From Macrostomum lignano (taxonomy: Eukaryota), in NCBI GenBank assembly GCA_002269645.1, contig NIVC01002814.1:62001-126000 (forward strand): DNA of 64,000 bases, given 5' to 3'. This document shows positions 40,621 through 52,300 of this stretch, one piece after another. Each line of letters begins with the position of its first letter. Positions within the stretch are counted from its first letter, which is position 1. The notes beneath the pieces are model-generated. The model was not told where the DNA came from. It did no database searches and saw only the letters and a program-made list of their open reading frames with translations. A program made the translations under genes and the position numbers.

Positions 40621-41682
40621 CTCCTACTGCTCAGGTCTCAAATTTCATCAGGCTATCTGGTACCATGTTCTGGTACCTTATTGATCGCCTAAATCTCACA
40701 TCTGGTCCAGATGGAGTTAAAAGTCGCATCCGTTGTCTTCGGATGCTTAGGCAGCTTTTCCGCCGCGAATTGTTGCCGCAGCAGGTACTACCTGCCTCAG
40801 CCGACACTTCCATTACGCTCGCGGGATCCGAACTTCTCGGAATCAGCCCCGCCCAGTCATAGCGTCGTGGGCGATCGTCGGATAGTAGTAATCGATGCCT
40901 ACAGTATGGGCATAGTTGCTACTTTTTTGCTGTACTCTGGTGACTTAATATGGATGGAATGGAATGCTCTTCCATGCAGCAGTCGTTCGCTTGTTCGCTA
41001 ACAGCGACGAAAAACTGCTATTAATTCTGTTCTGTCGCCATGTACAAATGCACTGAAAGCTGACCACCTAATATTTCGACTGACTAAGCTCGGTTGTTTG
41101 AAAAGGTGTCAGTTCAGATCGGAGCTCTCGGCTGTTTAAGCTGAATGACTCTGTTTTACTCAGCTGGCTAGCGCCGATTGTGTACTTCATAGTCCATAGT
41201 TTTTGGACGCTGCAGTTCAAATGGCGCAGTCACAGGCGGCCTCGATGAGTTTTCTCCGAATAGTTGAAGCCTCTGAGGAGAGAGCAACACTGCCGCACCG
41301 CTTCGCTTCGTTCGTACGAGTATGATCGAATCGCCAGCGTGACAAATCGGCTAATCCCGCATGCAGCAAGCATTTTGCCGACGCACAATAGCGATGGCAA
41401 TTGTCGCTGAAGCGGTTGTGATGCCGGGTCATTCAATCGAGTTATTTTCGATTGAATATTGAGGGCAACCTCATCATCAACCATCCATCCGAGCACAAGA
41501 AGGATAAGTACGTCGCGAATAACAACTACAACAAATGCTTAGTCCAAGATCGAGCTTTCAAAGTAAGACGGCCAACATCAAATGCTGATTGTCTAAATGT
41601 TTGCTGGTTTGCGAGATGGCCCGATTGGTGTTCCCAGATGCTGCTTCGTGTTCTACAACTGGTTCAAGTCTCCCAATTAGCT

Positions 41683-42093
41683 ATGCCGACAGTATCAAGC
41701 CGACCAAACAAACCTGTTGGACAAAACATCATTGTCCTGCAGTCAATCAAAGATCGACATTTTATAAGCGATAAACAAATTCGAAAGTTTAGAGACGTCT
41801 GCACCTTCCAACACCTGTCAGCAGTGCAGACTGGCGATCCAGGATTCGCCGAGTTCAGTCTCGCTGAGCTGCGATTGAGAGTGCGAATCCCAACGAATGT
41901 GTCTGTTTCTGAGCTACCTGGCCGGTTCCAACTTTATACCTGCATGCTGGTAGAGCTTCACGACGGCTGGGAAAGCAACTGTGACCTCAAGGAGCTTCTT
42001 CAGAGAGCATCTGGCCGCTTTCGTATTGAAGACAGCAGAGTACAGACGCGTGATGGAGCAGTGCAGGTGACTCTGGCTGTCCGTGAAACATAA
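41683..42093 (+). CDS. Uncharacterised protein, paralog C of the LHDGWE family
   Basis: ATG at 41683 (MPTVSSRPNK...) is equivalent to the paralog B start. The frame is open further upstream to 41452, so the true start is uncertain. Confidence 0.6.
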   Translation: MPTVSSRPNKPVGQNIIVLQSIKDRHFISDKQIRKFRDVCTFQHLSAVQTGDPGFAEFSLAELRLRVRIPTNVSVSELPGRFQLYTCMLVELHDGWESNCDLKELLQRASGRFRIEDSRVQTRDGAVQVTLAVRET

Positions 42094-42889
42094 CTGACTC
42101 GCTATAGTAACTAAATTTTATTCCCACCTGGTGTGAGTTTTACGCTAGTTAATCTTATCTGTAGTGTCCATAGTTAATCTTACTTATTTCAGTGCAGACA
42201 AAAAGTAAACAGTTTTGTATATGTATCCGCTGAAATGAATCAATGAATGCATTCCCTAGCTATGTCAAAACTCCGTATTTTCCTATTGCACTGTCAATGA
42301 TTGTTTTATGTTGTGTTTTATTTTATTGTTATGTCTATGTGTGTACCAGTTTCCTTATTTCATACTGTATTCCAAAAACCAAAGAAAGTTTCAAATTCTT
42401 TCGCTATTATTTTTCGTTTTTAAAAAATGAGAAAAGATTAAATTGAAATTATCTCTTATAAATTACAAACGAGGAGTAATTATTTATTTTTTGTCTATTG
42501 CCACTATTATTTTGTAATAGTGGATAGTTATATTTGCACGAAATGCAGCTGGCAAAAATCGGCTGATCAGTAAAGCGTACTTTTCAGGGCAAGAGAAGGA
42601 AGGAAGAGGGCTGTAAAGAGAAAAGGTTCCATGTTCAGGCGGCAAATCCGCGATTTTTCCAAGGCAATTCCGTGGAGTTTCCGGGTAGAGAGAGAATTCG
42701 TAGGAGAAGACGAAAAACTTTACTAAATTAAAATCCTTTTTTGTAGGACTCCATGCACTTAACTACTGTAAGCAAGAATAGCAGTATATTATTTTTTGCA
42801 TAAATGGATCTACCAATCGAAAGTTAACAATTAAAAAAAGAAGATAGACTGCAGCTACAACCAACATTTGAGCGCTAAAATCACTGTTA

Positions 42890-43075
42890 TAGCAGTTCGT
42901 CTGTCTCGGCGGTCTGGTGCCTGACGTTCGCGAGGACCTGCGACGTCGCTGTGGACTTGCCTGGGCTGCCTTCCGTTACATTAGGGCTGTCCTGCAGTCC
43001 GAGGCTCTGCCTGACCGCCAGAGGGCGACGCTGTTCCAGGCGGTGATTGAGACTGTCCTGTTGTACAACGTTGTC
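42890..43075 (+). mobile_element. Non-LTR retrotransposon fragment (post-RT thumb region)
   Basis: PDVREDLRRRCGLAWAAFRYIRAVLQSEALPDRQRATLFQAVIETVLLYN matches the RI..A..AF......L....K..L..A.V...LLY pattern of LINE ORF2. Confidence 0.75.
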
Positions 43076-43720
43076 CTTACCTGGCCTGTCCTGTCCCCGC
43101 GAACTGTTGGGCCGTCGGTGACTCCAGCTAGGGATGGGGGGCACATCATCTGCGCCGAGTCCTAATTACGGGGACAGGCATGCACTCGGCGTTTCGTTGA
43201 CTGCCTGCTGGCTGATGCCGGCGCCCCGGATACTGCCGGCAAACGTTCGCGACCGGAGGCCTTGAACCTTGCCCTGTGATGTTGTCTTTACCTCTCATTA
43301 CTCGCATGACTGGCTGACAACGTATTTTGTTGTTATTGTTGTTTTTGCTACGGTTTTCACTATGATGCTGGGCCAATGCATTCATATGGAATTTTCGAGA
43401 AGTCAGCTACATGTTTGACTCCTTTTTGCTATTCTAAGTAGTAGCACTAGTAAGTACTATTTCTACATAGAGAAATGACTCGCGCTCATAAAAAACAAAG
43501 CTTCTCTCAAAAACTAACTTATATTTAGCTGAATATTGTCCTATATTCTAATTAAGGATGATGAAAACGCGGAACATTACGATCTTCTATGCGTCTATGG
43601 CCATCGACTCGCAAGCTTAATTATAAAGCGGATTTGATTGTCAACCAGCGCTCTTGGGTTTAGCATCAATTCGATAGGCTCAAACCAGTGAGCTCAGTGT
43701 GGGCCCATTTGAAGTGGGCC

Positions 43721-46155
43721 ATGAACTTCGATGACCAGCTGCTGCACAATGAGACGCAGCACCTTTCTGAGGCCGAATGGGAGCCATACGAAGCCTGCCC
43801 CAGAATTGACAAGGACGTACTTGACAATCAACAATTGGACGATGATGTTAGGAAACTGCAACAAGAAGGCAACAGCAACGATGCTAGCGGACTGTTGGAA
43901 ACATTCCAACCTGAAGCACACATCAACCTGCATTACGTCAGGGTGTACTATTGCGGGCCTCAGCCGGGTAGCAACAAAACCACTCGAGTGTCTGAACGGC
44001 CCCAACTAATGCAGTGGCGTGGCGAGCACTTCAAATGCCGGGTTGGGTTCTCATTTGAAGCCTCGATGCCGAAATCTAATTGGACGGTGGGTCTGGCGCA
44101 AGCTTGCGACTACATCGATTTGAAGAACACGTTTGAAAGAGGCGGCAGCTACTGCTGGGAGTTCCAGCCGTTGAAGACCGGCCTGCACTCCATGGTGAAC
44201 GACAGCAACGGCACCCAGTGGCCTTTCTATTCTCATAAATCGTCTATGATTGATCTGCGCTCCGGGTCGCGGATTCGACCGGGCTTTCACGAGCTGCGGT
44301 TCTCCGACTACTTCTACCCGACCATGCACTGGCAGGTACAAACGCTGATCCCTTTACCCACATTACCACCAAGGTAATTTCCCTGGGTATAAGAATACCT
44401 TTGGAGATATCCTTCACCGTGCACATACCTCCTCAGTGATCCAGTAAACACCTTTGCGGATGTTCTCCATCGTGCAAACACCTCCTCAATGATCCAGTTA
44501 ACACCTTTGCGGATATTCTCCATCATTCTCCATAGTGCAAACACCTCCTCAGTTATCCAGTAAACACATTTGTGGATGTTCACCATCGTTCTCCATTGGT
44601 GCAATTAATACCTCAATGATCCAGTTAACACCTTTGCGGATATTCTCCATCATTCTCCATAGTGCAAACACCTCCTCAGTTATCCAGTAAACACATTTGT
44701 GGATGTTCACCATCGTTCTCCATTGGTGCAATTAATACCTCAATGATCCAGTTAACACCTTTGCGGATATTCTCCATCGTCCTCCATAGTGCAAACACCT
44801 TCTCAATTATCCAGTAAACACATTTGTGGATGTTCTCCATCGTTCTCCATTGGTGCAATTAATACCTCAATGATCCAGCTAACACCTTTGCGGATATTCT
44901 CCATCGTCCTCCATAGTGCAAACACCTTCTCAATTATCCAGTAAACACATTTGTGGATGTTCTCCATCGTTCTCCATTGGTGCAATTAATACCTCAATGA
45001 TCCAGCTAACACCTTTGCGGATATTCTCCATCGTCCTCCATAGTGCAAACACCTTCTCAATTATCCAGTAAACACATTTGTGGATGTTCTCCATCGTTCT
45101 CCATTGGTGCAATTAATACCTCAATGATCCAGCTAACACCTTTGCGGATATTCTCCATCGTCCTCCATAGTGCAAACACCTTCTCAATTATCCAGTAAAC
45201 ACATTTGTGGATGTTCTCCATCGTGTTCCATTGGTGCAATTAATACCTCAATGATCCAGCTAACACCTTTGCGGATGTTCTCAATCGTGCAAATGCCTCC
45301 TCAATGATCCAGTTAGCACCTTTGCGGATATCCTCCATCGTGCAAATACATTTACAATCCGAATTCCAATTATTTCTTGGAAATACCAAAATCACAGGAA
45401 ATTTTCTCCGACTAGAAATAGGATCTCTCCACAGTAATTAATAAAATATTTGAAAGAATGCTGCCTTAAATTAGTGTTTTAATGCATTACGAGATAATAA
45501 CCAAATTTTATCCATGTATTTCTGCAACCTTCAGGCAGAAAGCGAAGGCTTTCAATACCATCTCACAAACGTTATCCGTCGTCAAGGCTTCAAAGTATGG
45601 TTCATCGTCATTAAACGCGGCCCGAGCAATCCAATGGACGGCTACATCACTCGCTACCTGCAATATCGGCCTTCAACTGACGAGCCATACGTAATCAAAG
45701 CCATGGAGTGGCGCTACAATATCGAACTCAACTTCGACTGTTTGCAGCCGTTGGGCAGCCGGTGCACAGCAATCTTCGACAAGCAGGAGGAGCAACCCAG
45801 GGTGCTGAATTCTATCGACCCCATACCGACATCCGCTCTGGTTCCCCCAAATTGCAACGCCTGCCAATCGTTGATCTTCTATCCGACTAATCGAAATCAT
45901 CCGCTCGTGCTGAAGAAGACTCCAGAAGACATTGTGGTGCCTTGGAACGAATGGCGAAGCAGCATGACTAGCGGCAGAGGCTACGACCGCTTGCTGGGTT
46001 TCGAGCAGCCCCAGCCGCTGCCGAATATGTACAAATGCTATCCGGGAGATCCGAAAATTCCTCTGCGGCTGCTGAACTTGAAGCACAGACCGAGGGAACC
46101 GGCGCCAGATCCAGATTTCGGCGTGCGCACCAGTGTGATAAATCGCTTCCAATAG
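43721..46155 (+). CDS. FAM78: FAM78-like protein (~411 aa)
   Basis: Exons 43721-44335 (cag|gtacaa) and 45535-46155 (ccttcag|), phase 0. FAM78-type motifs WTVGLAQAC...CWEFQPLKTG...VNDSNGTQWPFY, LTNVIRRQGFKVW and PLGSRC...QPRVL...PIPTSALVPPNCNACQSL. Confidence 0.85.
44435..45345. repeat. 127-bp higher-order tandem repeat (63+64-bp dimer) in the FAM78 intron
   Basis: The ORF track repeats every 127 bp (44549, 44676, 44803, 44930, 45057). Two related sub-units each begin atccag. Confidence 0.96.
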
Positions 46156-46544
46156 GATTTGCCCGGGCACCGGCGGAGTTTGTCTTTATTTTAAATAATT
46201 TCTGTACAGTTAAATTTATTTTTACAGAGCGTTGCTTTACCAGTGTGGGGTTGCAATTTTCCTTCTTCGATCGCAAATAAAAAGTGACTTTCAATAATAA
46301 AATCGAATGTTGATCGTTTTTAATTATTTTGTCAGGAAATAAACCCAGGATTCTGAAGCTTTGCGGCCACCCTTGCGCGAAAGGTCCCAGGGGCAGCACT
46401 ATCGATGGTGTCGTCACAATTGGTTTTGGGCCATAGACAAATGAGCGGTAAAGGGCAGGAAAGAAAAGTCCGATATCAGCTGGTGTCACAGGGAGAAGCG
46501 TCACAACAACGAGTGTACAAGAGTTAAACTGAAGGCACATGTGT

Positions 46545-46760
46545 ACGCAGACGACAACGTTGGCATGCTGGATGCGGGAATGTCCATTCGTTCAGCTGCT
46601 CGACGATCGCATACAACGATACGCAAGTTGCATATGAAGTTGAGAGAAACTGAAAGTGTGGCACACGCGACGCGAGGCATCTAGCTCATACTCCACATGC
46701 GAAGCACGACTGAAAAGGCGGATCGGCGATTGCTGCGATTGATGAGAGAAACGCGCGTGG
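46545..46760 (+). mobile_element. Decayed Tc1/mariner transposase N-terminal (HTH) fragment
   Basis: Frames give VGMLDAGMSIRSAARR...TIRKL..KLRET and STTEKADRRLLRLMRE, typical of the paired-like N-terminus of Tc1. Confidence 0.6.
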
Positions 46761-49014
46761 CTGCTATAGCCGTTTCTGACTGTGTTTTGGACATGTACAT
46801 AGCGTCGCTGTTCATTCCCTGTTGCCTTTTTTGGATTGTCTATGGCTTAAACATAGTCGAAAAACCTTTCAATCCCCAATCGTTCAGCTCGTGTAGCCTC
46901 TTGCGCCGACGTGGATCCACCTTTCAATGTTGCATTCAGAACTTGTTGCAACTTAATTTTGTTAAATCAAATCGAAATAAAAAAATACATGTAAGCCTCT
47001 TGTCTGTGGCATTCACCCGTTCTTACAATGACTCTTACAGTTCTGGCTGCTAACCTCAAGCACGGCAACCTCAGATCATTGCTAGCCACCAAGTGTGATT
47101 AAGTACATTTATAAACATTAAAATATCGACAACTGTACTTTTCGATGTGCGTTTGTTGTTAAACGAGGGTGGGAAGCCGGTGCCAACCCGCGGATCAGCC
47201 CTGGATTGGGCTCTGCCGCGGAGGGGCACTTCCAGGGGCCTAAGCCCGAGATACCCACATGATTGGGCCCCGACGTCTAGGCCAGGGGAATTTTGGGGCT
47301 ACTAACCCAAACCTACGGTACAAGACACCGCCAACCCAAAAGTGGAATCAGGGACGGTGCTAGGACCGAGTCCACCCAGGCCACCAACCCAGCAGACAAG
47401 TCCTCGGGAGTGCGCGAAAAACAGAATTGGAAATGAAAAAGTTCGGTATACTACTGAAAGCCGTCCAAGAGCGGGGAAACCCAGAAGTCTTGGAATAGGG
47501 CTTGACTATTGGAGCGAGTCTGGAAGGCTTGTATCCGAGGGCGAGTATCCTATCAAGAGGTAAAAGTAGACAAAAACCCTCCTATAGGGCTGCAAGCCAC
47601 AAGGGTATCGCCTATCCAGCTCAATATTGGAGGCCAGGCCAAGGGGGGGGGGAGGGGCACAAGGGGCAAGAGGAAACCGGACTCAGCCGGTTTTCCCCGA
47701 TTCGGGACGAACTTCCAGCTCAGGACTCCAATCCACTGTCAGTGATGAGAGCCTAGACACAATAAGCAGGGAGACAACCAGAGGAGCCAGCAGATGGACC
47801 AAGGACAGAGCAGGATGGACCGGGCAGGTAGGGCAGAGCTCAAAACTCCAATTTTTGGAAGCACCGGAATTTAATTAGGGGAGGAGCACCTGAACCCTAA
47901 CCCGGGGCTCAGCCTCAGGGCTGGCATCAACTGGGCTCTACCGTACACTTTTGTGAATGGTCGTCTTTCCTGCAGGGCGGGTGCGACCGGGGGGCTCAAG
48001 TCCCGTTCTAGCCACACTGCAGTCCAGATCTCCAACTCACTCCAGGTACACCCCCCTAACCCAAGGCCGATGGCCAAATAATTGGAATGCACGAAAAAAG
48101 AATGGTTGGGTTATTTTTAGAATGGGCACAGCCCCTTCGGGGCGGAGCCTTAGTAATTGGGCTAGCCGAAGCCAGGCCAATCGGATTGCGCACAACCCTT
48201 AGACAAGCTACCAGAAGCAACCAGGGTAAAAACAGTGTTTTTCCAGAGAGAAAGTATACAAAACCAGATTTATGAGTAAAGTAGACCGAGTCTAAGGTAA
48301 TATTGACAAGCAGATTGTGCAAATACATTCAATTTGTCCTGGCTAAAATGATCTTCATGTACGAGTAAATCAATAAATACAAAAGCTTCTTTGAATAGAT
48401 ACGTAGGGTTTGATGAAAAATTAGCTATATGCGCAGCTTTTTTGTTTGTTTAAATAAAGAATTCGAAAAATTGCACAAAATTATTTAGCAGGGCTTCAAG
48501 GTGGCGATTTTTGGGAAGGGCGGTTTTGTGATGAAACTATTTTACAGAGGCCATTTTTGTGAAGGGGTGATTTTAACCCACTAGAAAAAATTCCAAAATT
48601 TGCTAGTTTTGTTTCTAATAGTTACCGACTAAAAAGAAATTTAAACTGTCTAAAAGTTCATTATGCTAATAAGTGAGAGATATGCATTACAGTACGCAGC
48701 AAATATTTGTGATAAAAGATGACAGACTAAACATTTCCCTGCCGGCTGTATCCGGGCTCGCTCACGCCCACATCAAAATTCGGTCACATAACTTATACAT
48801 AGCAAGCCACTGATCATCAGTCGTGTGAGTTGTCGATTCATTTGATGGTAATGTTTACCAACCTGATGAATAATTTAGTGCTTATTTGACATTATATCCA
48901 GTAGGACAGGGGGATCACATTGGGTCTCTACAATAGAAATAACAGCTAGATGTTCTAAAAATAGGGTTGGTGAGATTTAAAATGGGATTCCCCATAGCTC
49001 TCACACTTCGCTCT

Positions 49015-49270
49015 GGAAAAATGGTTTCAATTGTCTATGGCCAAAGCTATAGATCATGATGAAACAGAAGGACTATATGCGATTAGCCATTAGACTTGCG
49101 ACAAGGAGTTCTATAATTAGATTGCTATTCCAAGTTAATAATCTAAGTCTAAGTTCTGTGACCAAGGAGAGACCAAGAATGAGCTCTCCTTGCTTGAGAG
49201 CTATAGCTCATTGAGGAATCAAAGAGTGTTTATGTGTGCTTTGACCATAGACAATGGAATCCATTTTTGC
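49015..49270. mobile_element. MITE-like element with ~33-bp imperfect inverted repeats
   Basis: ggaaaaatggtttcaattgtctatggccaaagc (49015-49047) vs gctttgaccatagacaatggaatccatttttgc (49238-49270). Confidence 0.55.
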
Positions 49271-49305
49271 AACTTCCCCGTTACATCTAGTTTACAGAAC
49301 AAAAT

Positions 49306-52300
49306 TTACTCAAAAAGCGAACCCTCGTTACTATGCGAACTGAGCACTAGAAAGTACACCCAATAAGCGGCATTGAATGCGGCAAAACTGAACGGGAACA
49401 GAAATATTGACACGCGATCGAGCTGCTGGGCTGTGAGCCACTGCAGACTGGCGTGTCTGAGCTGATGTTGCTGCTGCAGCTGCCCTGCACTGCAGCCTCG
49501 CAGTCGGCTTTGGTGTTCTCGTCTCCAGCGACGTCTGCGAGTCTGTCTGCAGGCCGATCCAAACCCGATTGGTCCCGGCCAGCCGGGCGTTGTCATGGCA
49601 ACCCGTGGCGGCGGCGAAGGTACCGGCGTGTCACCGAATGAGCCGTCGTTCAGCCCGTCGAAGTTGTCTCCATTTTCTTCGTCAATGTCGAAGCCTTCAG
49701 CCGGTGGTTGGTAGGCATCGTCGTCCAAGCCTCGCTGACGCGACGTCTCCAGCTCGGGCGTCAGCAGGAGTCGCTTCCGCAGTAGCAGCGGACTCTCCGG
49801 CGTCTGCTCGCCGGTTGCCAGGCTGTTGCTGACCGTTCGGCGTAGACGGTGAAGTCCGTTACCATGACAACGGAACTGCTGCCTACGTCGCTGCTGACGG
49901 CTGCTGCAGGTCCGCCGGCGAGTGAGCACGTTGACCAGGGAGAACTCCAGTAGAGAGAGGACAACAAAGGCCAGGCAGGCAAATAGCCAGACATCGATGG
50001 CTGCAGGTGGCGAGGGTTCGGTTGCTGTTGAGAGAGTTTCGTCTCATTGCGGGCAGGTAAAACGGAAGGACTGTTCGGGCGGGGTTTGGGTAAGGAAGGA
50101 AAACAAATCGATAAAAGAGTTGAAAGTTCAGGATTTTTGCGAGTAAAAATGGCTAAAACTTATTGCAGATAAGAGACTGCTCAGTAGGCCTGCCCTTTTT
50201 ACTTCGGAATTTACTTCGGAATTGCATATAAAGCAAGTAATACCTACTAAAAAGTAGATGATATAGAGTGTGACGAGAAAAGCTTGTATGGTGGGCAATA
50301 ATATTTGATTAGCTGCACCTGCCCTAATGAGCAGATGTGCAACCGACAGCTCAGCCGCAGCTATTGCGCGGCGCATTTGAAGGCTGCGTACGGCTGTTCA
50401 GTCCAAGGACTGGGGGGTCGCCACACACCCTCAATTGCCCCAGCTAATGCTGGCACCCATTTTACAGCTGGGTGAACTAAAGCAGTGCAGAGTTAAGTGT
50501 CTTGCTCAAGGACACAAACTGTTCCGAGTGGGTCGGGAATCGACGCCCTAACCACTAGGCTACAACGCCTTGTGGGCAAAAGAAAGGTGAGGCACTTTAA
50601 CTGATTTAGTGGTGCAAAATGAGCCTATCAGTGGCTCCCAAGCCCATGGGTTCGATTCCCAGTTTAGATTAGCAAGCCATAAACTAGCCTGCAAAACAAT
50701 GAGGACTGCGAGACCAAAGACCCTTTACAAGAATAGGACCTGTACAAAGTGCCGAGAAGTTCACTTCCTGTTTAAGTGCAGTTGTAACTTTTATTGTTGC
50801 TTCCCGGGATAAATCTGAGCAGGACATCTCGAATAAGGTTTCAAATTAAAAAAAACCTTACTGAAGAGGACAAAGTATATTAATTAATGATAGAGACGTA
50901 ATTGAAAATGGCAGAATTCATCAAATATGCATGACAAGCTGGAATGCAACACACACAGGTACCGGAAAAAAAATCTCTAGCCGATTCTCGAATGCTCCGT
51001 TTGCTTGCGAGACTTTATCGAAACTCCCAAATAAAATTAAAATAAGAACAACTAATAGACTACTTAACATTTTTTACATTCAAACTACGTTGTTTGTTCT
51101 GCTCTGTATTTAGCTCTATGGATTGCATGCAATTTTTACAAAACAAAGCAACAAAGTACTTTAGAAGAGAGTGTGTTGTTAGCTATGAATTCTGGTGAAC
51201 TCTGTTGTGACGATGCAAAAACGCATGGTGACTATATAGTTAGCTAAAGACCAACGATAGGTAGGATTCATAAGACCCGAAATCGACAATATTTTGAAGC
51301 AGCCAAGCTATACTGACTTTGAAGTATTTTCCACTATCAATGCTGGGTTATGAAGTGCCAACAAGCAGCCCTCCCAAAGGAACTCACAAGAGCATGACAC
51401 AAAAGGTGTTGCCAAAGATAGGAGACAGTGTTCGCGTACAGATCATATGTTATAGAGGTGCTTACATTGGAGTAGTTGCCTACCGGTAATAGAATGCTAG
51501 CCTACCCTTAGGAAGTTCGTTAAACAAGATTTCCAAGTACAGAAAGACACTTGACGCTGGTTTTGTAATAGCAACACTTACAGTGCCAGTTTTTCAACGT
51601 GAGTAGCATTCAGAACTTCTACTCAAGCACATGCCAAGCCACGAAAGCCAGGTGACTGGTTGGATGATTTCCTTAGCTTAAGCAACTGTATCATTCTACC
51701 ATACTCAGGTAGAACTGCATCATTCTACCATACTCAGGTAGAACTGCATCATTCTACCATACTCAGGTAGAACTGCATCATTCTACCATACTCAGGTAGA
51801 ACTGCATCATTCTACCATACTCAGGTAGAACTGCATCATTCTACCATACTCAGGTAGAACTGCATCATTCTACCATACTCAGGTAGAACTGCATCATTCT
51901 ACCATACTCAGGTAGAACTGCATCATTCTCCCATACTCAGGTAGAACTGCATCATTCTCCCATACTCAGGTAGAACTGCATCATTGCCATACTCAGGTAA
52001 AACTGAATCAATCTCCCATACTCAGGTAGAACTGCATCATTCTCCCATACTCAGGTAGAACTGCATCATTGCCATACTCAGGTAGAACTGCATCATTCTA
52101 CCATACTCAGGTAGAACTGCATCATTCTACCATACTCAGGTAGAACTGCATCATTCTCCCATACTCAGGTAGAACTGCATCATTCTCCCATACTCAGGTA
52201 GAACTGCATCATTCTCCCATACTCAGGTAGAACTGCATCATTGCCATACTCAGGTAGAACTGCATCAATCTCCCATACTCAGGTAGAACTGCATCATTCT

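Noticed and set aside
50128-50376. ORF with QAFLV...CFICNSEVNSEVKR resembling class B GPCR TM7
   Set aside because: The NSEV duplication comes from a short tandem repeat, the spacing is wrong, and no other 7TM exons were found.
50600-50660. tRNA-like B-box (ggttcgattccc)
   Set aside because: No cloverleaf can be built; at most a decayed SINE head.
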